Below, in pieces: positions 19,506 to 28,553 of a stretch of DNA of 64,000 nucleotides. The position numbers were made by a program, and so were the translations under genes. This DNA is from a virus. A model generated the notes under the pieces. That model ran no database searches. It had not been told where the DNA came from and worked only from the letters and a program-made list of their open reading frames with translations. Location: IMG/VR virus record IMGVR_UViG_3300031754_000001, positions 64,001 through 128,000 of that record, one strand, 5' to 3'. The stretch's first letter is position 1; each line of letters opens with the position of its first letter.

Positions 19506-19888
19506 GACAGCGCCGCCGTCAGCCGCCCGAGCGGGCTGTCTGGCGCGATTTCCGCCGGCATGCCCAGCGCGGCCCTGGCCCAGGGCTGGTTCAGGACCTC
19601 GATCAGCGGGGCCAGGTCCTCGCGGACGCCAGCCGGGATCTCGCCGGCATCCAGGACGGGTTCGCCGGCATCCAGTGCGGGTTCGCCGTCAGCGAGCGCA
19701 TCGATCGTACCGAGGGCAATCCGCGCGTGCTCGTACTTGATGACGCTGGCCGTGAACCCGTCCCTGGGCACGTCGCCGGCTTCGAGGGCCGCCTGGTGCT
19801 CAGTGATGGCTTCCTGGATCAGCTTGAGGGACCGCTTCGCCGCGGTGAGATTCCGCGTTCGCCGGGTCCTGGCGGGATTTGCCGTCAT
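19502..19888 (-). CDS. Hypothetical protein
   Basis: Strong TAGGAG RBS; short LDAGE repeat. Confidence 0.6.
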   Translation of the reverse strand: MTANPARTRRTRNLTAAKRSLKLIQEAITEHQAALEAGDVPRDGFTASVIKYEHARIALGTIDALADGEPALDAGEPVLDAGEIPAGVREDLAPLIEVLNQPWARAALGMPAEIAPDSPLGRLTAALS

Positions 19889-19901
19889 GATCGTGTTTCT
19901 C

Positions 19902-20204
19902 CTATCGGGGCAGCGAAGACAGGGTTCCGGTTACTGCCGGGCACCAGTCCTCGTGCAGCTTATTTTCCGGCTGGGCACAGCCAGCGCAAATGCGGTCGCG
20001 CACCAGGCTTCCGTAGCCGGGCCGGGCCGGGATTTCCAGGGCGCCGCCGAGAATGGCCAGCCCGACCGGGACGACCGCGGCCACGGGCTCGCCGTCATCC
20101 GTCAGCCAGGTGATCCGGTCCTGGTTCCTGGCCAGGCCGATAGCCTCGCGCAAGGCCTGCTCGTTGTCGCCGAGACCGTACAGGCTGATGTCCAGCTCAT
20201 TCAT
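19902..20204 (-). CDS. Phd/YefM-like antitoxin domain protein with C-terminal Cys/His motif
   Basis: LREAIGLARNQDRITWLTDDGEPVAAVVPV matches the Phd/YefM helix then V-I-T-x-x-G-x-P-V-A-V pattern; no toxin adjacent. Confidence 0.55.
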   Translation of the reverse strand: MNELDISLYGLGDNEQALREAIGLARNQDRITWLTDDGEPVAAVVPVGLAILGGALEIPARPGYGSLVRDRICAGCAQPENKLHEDWCPAVTGTLSSLPR

Positions 20205-20359
20205 GACGGCCCCTCCGTCCGGGCTGAGGGCAGCGGGAGGTCATGGCTGGGTGCGTCGTAGCACACATCGGTCTGGCCGCAGACCTCGCAGGGACCCGCG
20301 CTCCGGGTCATGGTTTCCGGCCAGCCGTTCTTCCTCTGGCACTCCGGGCAGTAGAACAT
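20201..20359 (-). CDS. Small zinc-finger protein
   Basis: MFYCPEC...CEVCG..C; TAGGAG RBS. Confidence 0.6.
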   Translation of the reverse strand: MFYCPECQRKNGWPETMTRSAGPCEVCGQTDVCYDAPSHDLPLPSARTEGPS

Positions 20360-20369
20360 CGTGTTTCTC

Positions 20370-22631
20370 CTATCGGCTGAGCCGGTGCAGGGTGCGGTCT
20401 TTCGACGGCTGCTTGAGCGGCAGCCAGGACGGCCCGCGGATGTGCCCCCGGACCGGGGTGATGCGGATCGTCTGCCCGTTGGCCAGGCACACCGCGCAGA
20501 TGTCGTGGTCATCGTCATCGGCGTAACCGGTACGGCCGGCCGGGACTGCCTCGTGCCGCCGGCGCCTGCCCTCGCCGTCCTCGTCGGTGTAGGGATCGAT
20601 ATGCCGGTGAAAATCTGCCACCCACCACTTGCAGGTCCGGCTGACGTCGCGGTGGCCGGGCAGCTCGTCGCTGATATAGGTGATCCGGCGCAGGGTGATA
20701 ACGTGCACCTGGCTGCCGTGCTTGAGCGACTTCTGCGCCCGGCGCGCGGTGTGCGGGCTGGCCGCCGGAGTGCTCCGCGTCGCGGTCAGCTCCATCACCA
20801 GGTATGCCCACAGGATGTGGATAAGCGCGATCATGGCCTCGCCCTGCGCCTCGAACCCGGAGTTAACGGTGAACCGGCGGTCGAACGGGATCACCGAGAT
20901 GTGCTGCGGGACGAGCTGCCCGGTCAGGCTGGCCGCCCGGTCCGCGCGCCGGGGATCATCCCAGCGGCCGAACGCCACATCGTCGCTGATCAGGGTCCAC
21001 AGGATGACCCGGGCAGCATCGACGGAGGTCATCCGGCCATCCGGACCCGGATAGGCGACGGTGACTTTCTCCCAGGACAGCGCGCGGAACGGCATGAAGT
21101 ACCCGGACGATTCCAGCATCACCCAGGGCCGGTCCAGCCAGGCGAACCCGGCGTGACCAGGCAGCTCGCCGGCGTCCAGGTAAGCGATGCCGAGCCCGAT
21201 CCGGTCGAACACCTCCCGCATCCTGGCCACCATCGGGGCGGTCACCTGGTAGGTCCGCGCCTCGCGCAGGCTGTGCGCGATGATCCCGGCGAACTGGGCG
21301 CCCTCATCCGGCCCGGCCGGGACCTGGCTCAGGTCGGCCGGCCAGAACATCAGGGCCGACCGGTCCGGGTCATCCCACTGAGCCTGGGAATCGCGGATCA
21401 GGTACCCGAGGTAGTCGGCCAGGTCACCGCTGCCTGAGGCGTAGTGCCGGGCCAGCCAGGCGTGCATGTCGAGTACCTGGTCCGCGGTCCAGCTCGTCCG
21501 CACCGGGATGGCCTGCGCCTGCGCGGCGTCGCGGATCAGATGGCGGGGGTCGGAATTGGCGATCAGCTGCCGGGCACGCTCGTGGCTGGCTTTCAGCGCT
21601 TCCTCACGGCGGTGCGCGGCAGTCAGCGCCCTGGCGATTTCCGGGGCCAGCCGGTTCAGTTCTTCCCTGCCAACGCCGGCGGCCAGCCGCGCGGTCAGGC
21701 CGGGGGAAGCCGCCTCCAGCACCCGGGCAAACCGGGCCGATTCCTCGCTGACGCCCTCCACCGTGACCTCGGAATAGCCCTTGTGCTCCTGCACCGTGAC
21801 CTCATCAGGCAGCGGGACACCGGGAACGAGGCCGGCCCGGCCCCTGCGGAGAGCCGCCACGATATCGTCCTCATCCGCCCTGGCGGTGGCTCCGGCATGC
21901 CGGGCGGCCAGCTCCGGCGCGCCTGTCCCGGCTACGGCAGTCCGGGATTCGCCGAGCGTGCGCGGCAGGCCCAGGTCGATGTTCGCCCCGCGCAGGAGCG
22001 CATCGCTCTCCGCAGGGGTCTGCGGCCCGGTAGGCAGGCGGGTCCCGCCCCCGCGCTCGCCGAAAGCCTGGTTCGCGCCACTGGCGTACCTCGCGGGCAG
22101 CGGCTGGTCAGGGCGCCGGAACGCCGCGGGGATCTCCGGCAGGCGCCCTTTCCCGGTTTCCTCCGGGTCGCCGTGGACTATATGCCCGCTGGGTCCCGGC
22201 TTGATGATCCGCGGATGCAGCTCGTCTTGCTCGCGGTACCCGACCGTGATTTCCCCGGCATCGAAATGCTCCTCGAAAGACAGCTGGTCCAGCTCGCCGG
22301 ACGTGATGACCTGGCTCTCGCCAGACAGCCGGAGGTTCTGCCAGACTCTCGCCCCGGCCGCCACCGGGGTACCGTCCTCCATCACCATGGGCCTGTTCAA
22401 GGTACCCAGCAGTGCCCCGGCGCCATCCGGCCTGCCCTCCTCCGTCGTGATGATCACGTCGATCTCCGCGTCAAGGTCCTTCCCGCGCAGCGACGGATGC
22501 AGGTTCTCCTCAGCCAGGGCGTTGCCCTTCAGCTCAGAGAGCGAGCCGAACCCGCCCTGGGCCAGGGCCGCCTGGCTGCCCGGGGATTTTTTCCCTTGCC
22601 GGCGATCCCGGCGCTTCCGGCCCTTGCTCAC
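20370..22631 (-). CDS. Large hypothetical protein (753 aa)
   Basis: Long ORF with typical codon usage; C-terminal WWV..H..RGHIRGP segment of a type seen in uncharacterised phage proteins. Confidence 0.7.
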   Translation of the reverse strand: MSKGRKRRDRRQGKKSPGSQAALAQGGFGSLSELKGNALAEENLHPSLRGKDLDAEIDVIITTEEGRPDGAGALLGTLNRPMVMEDGTPVAAGARVWQNLRLSGESQVITSGELDQLSFEEHFDAGEITVGYREQDELHPRIIKPGPSGHIVHGDPEETGKGRLPEIPAAFRRPDQPLPARYASGANQAFGERGGGTRLPTGPQTPAESDALLRGANIDLGLPRTLGESRTAVAGTGAPELAARHAGATARADEDDIVAALRRGRAGLVPGVPLPDEVTVQEHKGYSEVTVEGVSEESARFARVLEAASPGLTARLAAGVGREELNRLAPEIARALTAAHRREEALKASHERARQLIANSDPRHLIRDAAQAQAIPVRTSWTADQVLDMHAWLARHYASGSGDLADYLGYLIRDSQAQWDDPDRSALMFWPADLSQVPAGPDEGAQFAGIIAHSLREARTYQVTAPMVARMREVFDRIGLGIAYLDAGELPGHAGFAWLDRPWVMLESSGYFMPFRALSWEKVTVAYPGPDGRMTSVDAARVILWTLISDDVAFGRWDDPRRADRAASLTGQLVPQHISVIPFDRRFTVNSGFEAQGEAMIALIHILWAYLVMELTATRSTPAASPHTARRAQKSLKHGSQVHVITLRRITYISDELPGHRDVSRTCKWWVADFHRHIDPYTDEDGEGRRRRHEAVPAGRTGYADDDDHDICAVCLANGQTIRITPVRGHIRGPSWLPLKQPSKDRTLHRLSR

Positions 22632-22736
22632 AGCTTCCTCCTCTCCTGGGCATCATCTGTGCTCACCGGCAAGCCGCGCTTCTCCCGGACCAGTACCCCC
22701 GGGCCGGCGCGGAATCGTACGCATCGCGGATCATGG

Positions 22737-23078
22737 CTAAGACCGCCCCCGGGATTCCGGGTACAGCGACTCTGGCGGCGCGAACGGGTCCCGCTCATGC
22801 GGGTGGCCGTCATGCGCCGTCTCGCCGGCCGCGTGCTCGTGCTTATGCGCGTGCAGGAGACGGCGCCCGTCCGGTCCCGTGTGATAGTGATACTGATCGT
22901 GCGAGACCAGCGGGTTGCCGTCCCGCTCCCGGGCGATCTCGTCACACCGGTCGGCCTGGGCATCCAGGATCTCGGCGGCCTGCTGCCGGCCGCTGTTGTG
23001 CACCCAGCCGCGAGCGCGACCGGCCCCGGCACGGAACACGCTGGCCAGGTCCGCCCAGTCTCGCGCGTCCGTCGGCAT
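22737..23078 (-). CDS. His-rich hypothetical protein
   Basis: HDQYHYH..HAHKHEH..HDGHPH; GGAGG RBS. Confidence 0.55.
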   Translation of the reverse strand: MPTDARDWADLASVFRAGAGRARGWVHNSGRQQAAEILDAQADRCDEIARERDGNPLVSHDQYHYHTGPDGRRLLHAHKHEHAAGETAHDGHPHERDPFAPPESLYPESRGRS

Positions 23079-23082
23079 GGCC

Positions 23083-23355
23083 TCAGCCCTCCGGATTCTC
23101 CGCGGCCGGCATCTCTCCCCGCTCCAGCACGGCGAGGTCCGCGGGATCCGCGTAGTAGTCGTAGTCCAGCAGCTCGCCCAGCACCGCGGCGAAGGCGGTC
23201 TCGCGCAGCTGCATCAGGTGCTCCTCCTGCGGGCTGGCCCCGGAATTAACGATCCCGGCGGTGGCGAACGGCAGCGGCATGGCCGCGCTGACGGCAAGGT
23301 ACGCGTGCCGGACGCTCCTGGTCAGCTCGCCCAGGTCCTGGATCTCGCGGGCCAT
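23083..23355 (-). CDS. Hypothetical protein
   Basis: AAGGAG RBS. Confidence 0.6.
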   Translation of the reverse strand: MAREIQDLGELTRSVRHAYLAVSAAMPLPFATAGIVNSGASPQEEHLMQLRETAFAAVLGELLDYDYYADPADLAVLERGEMPAAENPEG

Positions 23356-23375
23356 GGTCTCTCCTTCTCAATCGC

Positions 23376-23561
23376 TCAGAACAGCGGGTCTTTCAGCTGG
23401 CCGTTCTCATCCAGCAGGTCATCGCACAGCTTGTCAGCCAGCTCGCGGCGGGTCATTGTCACGATCCTGCCGCCTATGCTGACTTCGATCTCTTCATCCC
23501 ACCGCGGGCTGCTCCACAACGGAGAATCCCCGGCGAACCAGTCCTGCGGCCTCGCTGCCAT
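23376..23561 (-). CDS. Small hypothetical protein
   Basis: AGGAAGG RBS. Confidence 0.55.
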   Translation of the reverse strand: MAARPQDWFAGDSPLWSSPRWDEEIEVSIGGRIVTMTRRELADKLCDDLLDENGQLKDPLF

Positions 23562-23589
23562 CAGGCCTTCCTTTCCTGCCGGTGGTCCG

Positions 23590-23624
23590 GCCCGCCGTCC
23601 CGGCTGGATCCCGGGACGGCGGGC
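23590..23624 (-). terminator. Hairpin downstream of the DUF932-like gene
   Basis: 14-bp perfect inverted repeat GCCCGCCGTCCCGG / CCGGGACGGCGGGC. Confidence 0.55.
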
Positions 23625-23640
23625 TGGCGCTGGTGACGGC

Positions 23641-24960
23641 TCAGCGGGCCAGCCGGGCGGCGTGGGCCATCACGTCCAGCGCCCTGGCGTCCAGCTCGGC
23701 CGCGCGGTCGGCACTGTCCAGGGTCTGGCTGACGGAGGTGACGGCGTTGGCCACCCCGCCGGAGGTGTACGAGCCGCCGCGCAGGAAATGCGCCAGGATG
23801 TCAGCCGCCTCGCCCTGGGTGAACCCGGCTGCCTTGGACACGTCCCTGATAACCTCCTCGGGCTTGCCCACCGGGGCGCCGGCCAGCGCCTCGATCTCGG
23901 TCACCTTGCCGAAGAACCACTCGGGGGTGAGGAACTGCTGCACGGCGTCGGCGGCCTGGCTGGTGATCAGCTCCAGTTCCTTCTCCATGGTCTCCGCGGA
24001 CCAGGCGATGATGCCCTCATCCTTGAGCGAGCCGAGGTGCACCGCGCGGTCAGCCGAGGCGGTGAGGGTAAGCCGGTTGCCGCAGATCTGCACGACGATC
24101 TCCGGCGCGATCGAGCGGGCGCCCTCGCCGACGTCGGAGTTGGTGACCTTCAGGCCGGCGAACACGACCGGCTCCTGGCCGGCCGGGTAGTCCTTGCCCT
24201 CGCGCTTAGCCGCGGCCAGCGCCCGCTGCAGGGCCTCGCCTCCGGCACCGAAGTGGCCGGCTTGCAGCTTCATGCCGGGGCGGTCGCCGTGGCCGGCCCG
24301 TCTGACGCCGCCGGGGCCGTCGAACGGGGACCGGTAGCCGTCTAGCAGTTTCGGGGCGTAGGCGGCGATCTCGGGCACTGAGAACCGGACGTGCATCCGG
24401 CGGTCGGTCAGGTCGGACACGTCGGGAACGGCATTGACCCCGGCCTTGCGGAGCCCGTCCATGACCGCGAGCAGGACGTCCAGGTTATCGATGATCTTGT
24501 ACCGGGGGGATAGCACGGCGCGCAGCACGCCGTCCGTTACCTCATCGCCCTTGAGCAGCCGGAGCAGGATCGCCCCGTCGAACGGCGGGTAGTTCCGGTC
24601 CTCGCCGTCGATGGTCTCGCTGCCGCCGTGCAGGAAGCCGCTGACGTTGGCGTCCCACAGGTCGGTGCGGGCCGGGTCCAGGCGGCGGAGTTTCTTGAGG
24701 TAGCCCCCGTCGATGCCGAGCAGCCCGGCCAGGCCCTCGTCACCGACCGCGGTAGGCCGGTAGACGCCCGCGGCCGAGGTGACGCCTTCCTCGCCGACCC
24801 ACTGGGTGGACTCGCCCGCGGCGACGGTGATGTTCCCGCCGTAGGCATCGATCATGCCGTGGCGGACCACGACGTCCAGGCGCCGGGCGCGTTGCTCCTG
24901 CAGGATGGCGAGGATGTCGGGCAGTCCGGCGTTCCTGGCCTCGGTGACGATCGCTGGCAT
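23641..24960 (-). CDS. DUF932-like phage/plasmid protein
   Basis: LRAVLSPRYKIIDNLDVL and NSDVG.GA......VQICGN motifs recalled from DUF932-family proteins; has its own strong promoter. Confidence 0.65.
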   Translation of the reverse strand: MPAIVTEARNAGLPDILAILQEQRARRLDVVVRHGMIDAYGGNITVAAGESTQWVGEEGVTSAAGVYRPTAVGDEGLAGLLGIDGGYLKKLRRLDPARTDLWDANVSGFLHGGSETIDGEDRNYPPFDGAILLRLLKGDEVTDGVLRAVLSPRYKIIDNLDVLLAVMDGLRKAGVNAVPDVSDLTDRRMHVRFSVPEIAAYAPKLLDGYRSPFDGPGGVRRAGHGDRPGMKLQAGHFGAGGEALQRALAAAKREGKDYPAGQEPVVFAGLKVTNSDVGEGARSIAPEIVVQICGNRLTLTASADRAVHLGSLKDEGIIAWSAETMEKELELITSQAADAVQQFLTPEWFFGKVTEIEALAGAPVGKPEEVIRDVSKAAGFTQGEAADILAHFLRGGSYTSGGVANAVTSVSQTLDSADRAAELDARALDVMAHAARLAR

Positions 24961-25010
24961 GTGGTTCCCTCCGGTAGCGGACTGATCTCGTGTCTGTGGC
25001 TGTCCTATTC

Positions 25011-25040
25011 AGTATACATCTACAATAGCGTCCCTGTCAA
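25011..25040 (-). promoter_or_regulatory. Sigma70/SigA-type promoter for the DUF932-like gene
   Basis: Minus strand TTGACA-18 nt-TATACT in an AT-rich intergenic stretch. Confidence 0.75.
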
Positions 25041-25080
25041 AACGAGCTGTGCAGCTAGTTTCTGGCAAGGCAGTAAAGAA

Positions 25081-25129
25081 CCCGGCCCAGGTCAGCGGGG
25101 ATGCAACAGGAAAACTAACCTGGGCCGGG
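25081..25129 (-). terminator. Intrinsic terminator
   Basis: Inverted repeat CCCGGCCCAGGT / ACCTGGGCCGGG followed by TTCTTT on the minus strand. Confidence 0.6.
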
Positions 25130-25134
25130 CTGGT

Positions 25135-26418
25135 TCAGCGCCGGTAACGCAGCGTCGTGCATGACTTGTAGTGCTCGTGCAAGTCCGGGACCTGGCGGTG
25201 GCAGTACCCGCACGTGGTTTCCGGCGGGGTGTACTGCGGGCTCGGCGGGTACTTCGCCAGCATCAGCGGCAGCGTCTCGCAGACCTCCGCGCCCGGGTAC
25301 ATCTGCTCCAGCCGGTCGCCGATCACCGCCATCCAGGCCTGCGCTGCGTCCTGCGCTGCCCGGATCTCCTCTGCGGAGGGTTCCGGCGGCTCCGGCGGGG
25401 GCGGAACATACCGGGGCGCGCCGCCCAGCGACGGGGGCACCGGGGGAGCGCCGGGGAAGCTGATGACCCTCCCGGTGAAACGGGGCGCCGGGCGCCAGGG
25501 CGAGAGCGGGGCGGACAGGGGCCGCCCGAACATCGCGTCATTGCCGTCCGTACGGGGCAGGTCGGGCTCGATCACGAGCGGCAGGTGCAGCGCCACGATC
25601 TCAGCCTTCTGCGCGCGGAAGCCGAGCGGGCCGGTCAGCACCTGGCCGGAGCCCTCGATCACGCCGACGACGGGCAGCGCGCCGTCCCGGCCCAGTTCGT
25701 GCGGCTGGACCTGCCAGTACGCCCAGAATCCGCAAGCGCACGAAATTTCCGGGATCTCGTCTCCGGTGTGCACCTCGTGCCCGTACACCGGCTTGCACAC
25801 GGCCAGGTTCTCGCCTGGCTGCCAGTCACCCCTGGCTCCGCACAGCAGGCGGGGATGCCAGTCCTGCTCTGCGCGGGCCGGGCTGCGATCCAGCCGCGGG
25901 GCGTCCAGCGTCCACCACCGGTAGCCGAAAACGGTCCCGGCGATGAAGTCGGCCCCGTCGAACCCGGACATGCCCCGGACGCCCGGCTTAGGCCCCGGCG
26001 GCTTCAGCGCAAACTGCGGGGGCGGCCATGGCCGGTGCCCGGACACTGTAACGGCACCTCCCCGGGAATACCCGGCCCCGCTCACCACGGTCGTGCCTGA
26101 CGGCTTCTGCGGCGGCGCCCCGGTAAAGATCCAGAGCCGCATGCTGTCAGCGCGGAGTACCGGGGGAAGCTGATGACCTAGGCAGGGGCCGGGGCTGCAA
26201 GTGCAGGGTCCGGCATGACCTGCGGGCCGGGCGCTTCCACCTGGGTGTCCAGCTCGTCGGGCAGTCTCTCGCAGACGACCTTGCGGATCTGCTCTTTCTC
26301 GCCGATGTATCCCATGACGTCTCCTCCATAGCAGGACGGCCCGGCGGTACCAGGCCGCGATGACGGTAATCCAGGTGATGACGAGCAGGACCCAGAGACC
26401 GGTTAGGACCGGGGCCAT
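25135..26418 (-). CDS. Hypothetical protein (N-terminal TM; GYRWW..C..H..CACGFWAY domain)
   Basis: Continuous ORF; a possible internal start at MSGFDG cannot be excluded. Confidence 0.6.
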   Translation of the reverse strand: MAPVLTGLWVLLVITWITVIAAWYRRAVLLWRRRHGIHRRERADPQGRLRETARRAGHPGGSARPAGHAGPCTCSPGPCLGHQLPPVLRADSMRLWIFTGAPPQKPSGTTVVSGAGYSRGGAVTVSGHRPWPPPQFALKPPGPKPGVRGMSGFDGADFIAGTVFGYRWWTLDAPRLDRSPARAEQDWHPRLLCGARGDWQPGENLAVCKPVYGHEVHTGDEIPEISCACGFWAYWQVQPHELGRDGALPVVGVIEGSGQVLTGPLGFRAQKAEIVALHLPLVIEPDLPRTDGNDAMFGRPLSAPLSPWRPAPRFTGRVISFPGAPPVPPSLGGAPRYVPPPPEPPEPSAEEIRAAQDAAQAWMAVIGDRLEQMYPGAEVCETLPLMLAKYPPSPQYTPPETTCGYCHRQVPDLHEHYKSCTTLRYRR

Positions 26419-26424
26419 ATCAGC

Positions 26425-27312
26425 CTACGACGCCAGGAGTTCCGTGCCGGTCCCGTCGCAGCCGCCCGCAAGCCCGGGAACGGTCTCGCCCGCGAGCGCG
26501 AACCCGGCCGCGGACAGCTGATCGCGGACCTCGGCCAGCGACGCCGGGCCGAAATTCCGGATGCGCCGGAGCGATTCCGCGTCGTGGGAGATCAGCTCCC
26601 CGATCGTGCGGATGCTGCCGGCGCCAGGCCGGCTGTCCGCGGAGAGGTCGCCCCGGAGCAGGGCGTTGTGCGTGCGGACGGTCAGGTCCAGCTCCCCGAT
26701 CTCGTCGTCCCCGGTCAGGTCGCAGATCGGGGCGATCTCCTCTTCGTCCGCCTCGGCCGGGCGGGCGGCGACGGCCTCGGCGATCGCGCCGCCGAGCACT
26801 TCGTCATCCGCGCCGGAGACCATCAGCTCGTACGCGTCCCTCAGCGGCCGGGAGTAGTACACGCGGCCGGACACCGGGTTCTTGTACCGGATGCCGTGCT
26901 CCCGGGCGAAAATCCGCAGGTCCCTGTTGTAATCCAGGCGGCTGCGGCGGGCGTTCTCGTTCTCGTGCGGGGGCAGCGGGGGACCGCCGGGGAGCAGGTC
27001 ACGCGGCGTGCACGGGTCACCCGGGCGGCTCAGCGCCGCGCAGTAGGCGCGCACGGTGCGGGCCTTCGGCTTGCGCCCGCCTGGCTGGGCTCCCGTCTCG
27101 TTCTTGGCGATGGCGTCCCGGCTGACGGTCAGCGGGGAGCCGTCGTCGTCCGTCAGGTTCAGCGCGGTGATCGCGTCCGCGAGATCCTGGCGGGACCAGC
27201 CGCGGCTTTCCCGCCACCAGGTCAGCCGGTCAGGATCGATGGCGATGCCTGATACCGGCCGCTTCGGGGGCGCAGGCCGCTGCTCCTGCCTTTCCTGCGT
27301 CATGGCTGACAT
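26425..27312 (-). CDS. Transcription regulator fusion: XRE-type HTH + Lsr2-like DNA-binding domain + RNA polymerase alpha-CTD-like domain
   Basis: HTH RLTWWRESRGWSRQDLA..VSRDAIAKNETG..RKP; middle LRIFAREHGI..GRV..LRDAYE; C-terminal IGELDLTVRTHNAL..IRTIGEL....LRRIRNFGPASLAEV closely resembles the RpoA CTD. Confidence 0.8.
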   Translation of the reverse strand: MSAMTQERQEQRPAPPKRPVSGIAIDPDRLTWWRESRGWSRQDLADAITALNLTDDDGSPLTVSRDAIAKNETGAQPGGRKPKARTVRAYCAALSRPGDPCTPRDLLPGGPPLPPHENENARRSRLDYNRDLRIFAREHGIRYKNPVSGRVYYSRPLRDAYELMVSGADDEVLGGAIAEAVAARPAEADEEEIAPICDLTGDDEIGELDLTVRTHNALLRGDLSADSRPGAGSIRTIGELISHDAESLRRIRNFGPASLAEVRDQLSAAGFALAGETVPGLAGGCDGTGTELLAS

Positions 27313-27644
27313 GGTATCGCTCCGTGGTTTGCGGGATAATACCCGATGATACGTCCTGATACAGGTAACACCCGGGGCGCAGGCAGTTGTTCCGGGACTC
27401 CTGGCTGGTCACCAGCGTCTGATGGCAATACATGAGGCTGCCCGTCACACGTGTGCACGCGATCAGCGAACGTGATCGTCACCGGACCGCCCGGCCAGGT
27501 CTCATCAGGCGGAAGCAGCCTGGTATCGATCACCTGGTAATACGGCCCGCACTCGTCCTCACCTACGAGAACGCGCCCGCAGCGGACGCACGTGCGATCC
27601 GGGGCAGGGCGGTACCTGCCGTCCCCGGTGAACAGCCTGCTCAT
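27300..27644 (-). CDS. Hypothetical zinc-binding protein
   Basis: CVRCG..HTC; ATGA overlap with the Lsr2-like gene. Confidence 0.5.
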   Translation of the reverse strand: MSRLFTGDGRYRPAPDRTCVRCGRVLVGEDECGPYYQVIDTRLLPPDETWPGGPVTITFADRVHTCDGQPHVLPSDAGDQPGVPEQLPAPRVLPVSGRIIGYYPANHGAIPCQP

Positions 27645-28102
27645 ATCGCGTTCCCCGTCGCCGGGTCGTAGTCCGGCTGCAGCTTGTGCTCGGCGGTCAG
27701 CAGGTGATCTTCGCCGGCCAGGTGATGCGCGTACGCCCGCTTGGTCTTGGCCGGGGGATAGTATCCGCCTTTGACCAGCGCAGTAAGGTTGTACCCCATC
27801 GCCTTCGCCCACTCAATCCGGGCCTTGTTGAACTCCTGTACCTCCCGGTTCTTGCTAGCCCGGCTAGCGGCAGGCGTATCAGGCGTGCCCATCTCACCAG
27901 GCTCGTGGCTGGCGTCCAGGAACGGGGCCATTGCCTCGCGCAGGGCCTTGGCCCAGTCCCGCGTCAGGTCTAGCTCGCGGATGTCCAGCTTGTCCGGGTC
28001 CGGGCCGATCGCGAGATAAAGGGTTTCCTCGGCCGGGACGTGCCGGTCAGGCTCCGTGGCCCGGGTCATGTCGCAGCTGCAGATGATCTGGATGAACTTC
28101 AC
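27641..28102 (-). CDS. Lsr2-like nucleoid-associated protein
   Basis: AEETLYLAI..RELDLT..AKALREAMAPFL (dimerisation domain) and EWAKAMGY..PAKTKRAY (DNA-binding domain); GTG start after GGAGG. Confidence 0.7.
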   Translation of the reverse strand: MKFIQIICSCDMTRATEPDRHVPAEETLYLAIGPDPDKLDIRELDLTRDWAKALREAMAPFLDASHEPGEMGTPDTPAASRASKNREVQEFNKARIEWAKAMGYNLTALVKGGYYPPAKTKRAYAHHLAGEDHLLTAEHKLQPDYDPATGNAI

Positions 28103-28266
28103 GGGATCCTCCACCCGCCGGGCACGGGCTCGGCCCAGTCCCGGTCGCTGGCCTCGCGCAGGAACACGCGGACGAAATGCTCGGTCTCGCCCGTCGCGGC
28201 GGCAACCTTCTCCGCGGTGACGACCTCGCCGACGTGCTCGTGCAGGTACCTGGTGATGCTGATCAC
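28099..28266 (-). CDS. Small winged-helix-like protein (55 aa, not in the ORF track)
   Basis: ITRYLHEHVGEVVTAEKVAAATGETEHFVRVFLRE..WAEPVPGGWRI; GTGA overlaps on both sides. Confidence 0.6.
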   Translation of the reverse strand: MISITRYLHEHVGEVVTAEKVAAATGETEHFVRVFLREASDRDWAEPVPGGWRIP

Positions 28267-28553
28267 AGCACGCCGTCTTTCTGCTCGTAGCCGCGATTGC
28301 CCGTGTCACTGTTCCCGATGGGGATCTTACTGAGATCGAGACTGGGATCTGCACGCGTCATCAGCTCGTCCAGGAGTTCCTGCCGGTCCGTGGTCAGCGC
28401 CGTCAGCAGGCCGCGGGCGTACGCGTCCTCAGCCAGTTCCGCGATCTTCCGGTGGAGCTGCCGGACAGCCCGGTGGCTCATGAAAGGCCGGGTCTCCAGG
28501 TCCTCCAGCCGGGCTTGCAGGTCATCCGGAAGCGGCGGGCGCGGGGCGTTCAT
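28263..28553 (-). CDS. Hypothetical protein
   Basis: Overlap-coupled; ends with a PIGNSDTGNRGY motif. Confidence 0.6.
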   Translation of the reverse strand: MNAPRPPLPDDLQARLEDLETRPFMSHRAVRQLHRKIAELAEDAYARGLLTALTTDRQELLDELMTRADPSLDLSKIPIGNSDTGNRGYEQKDGVL

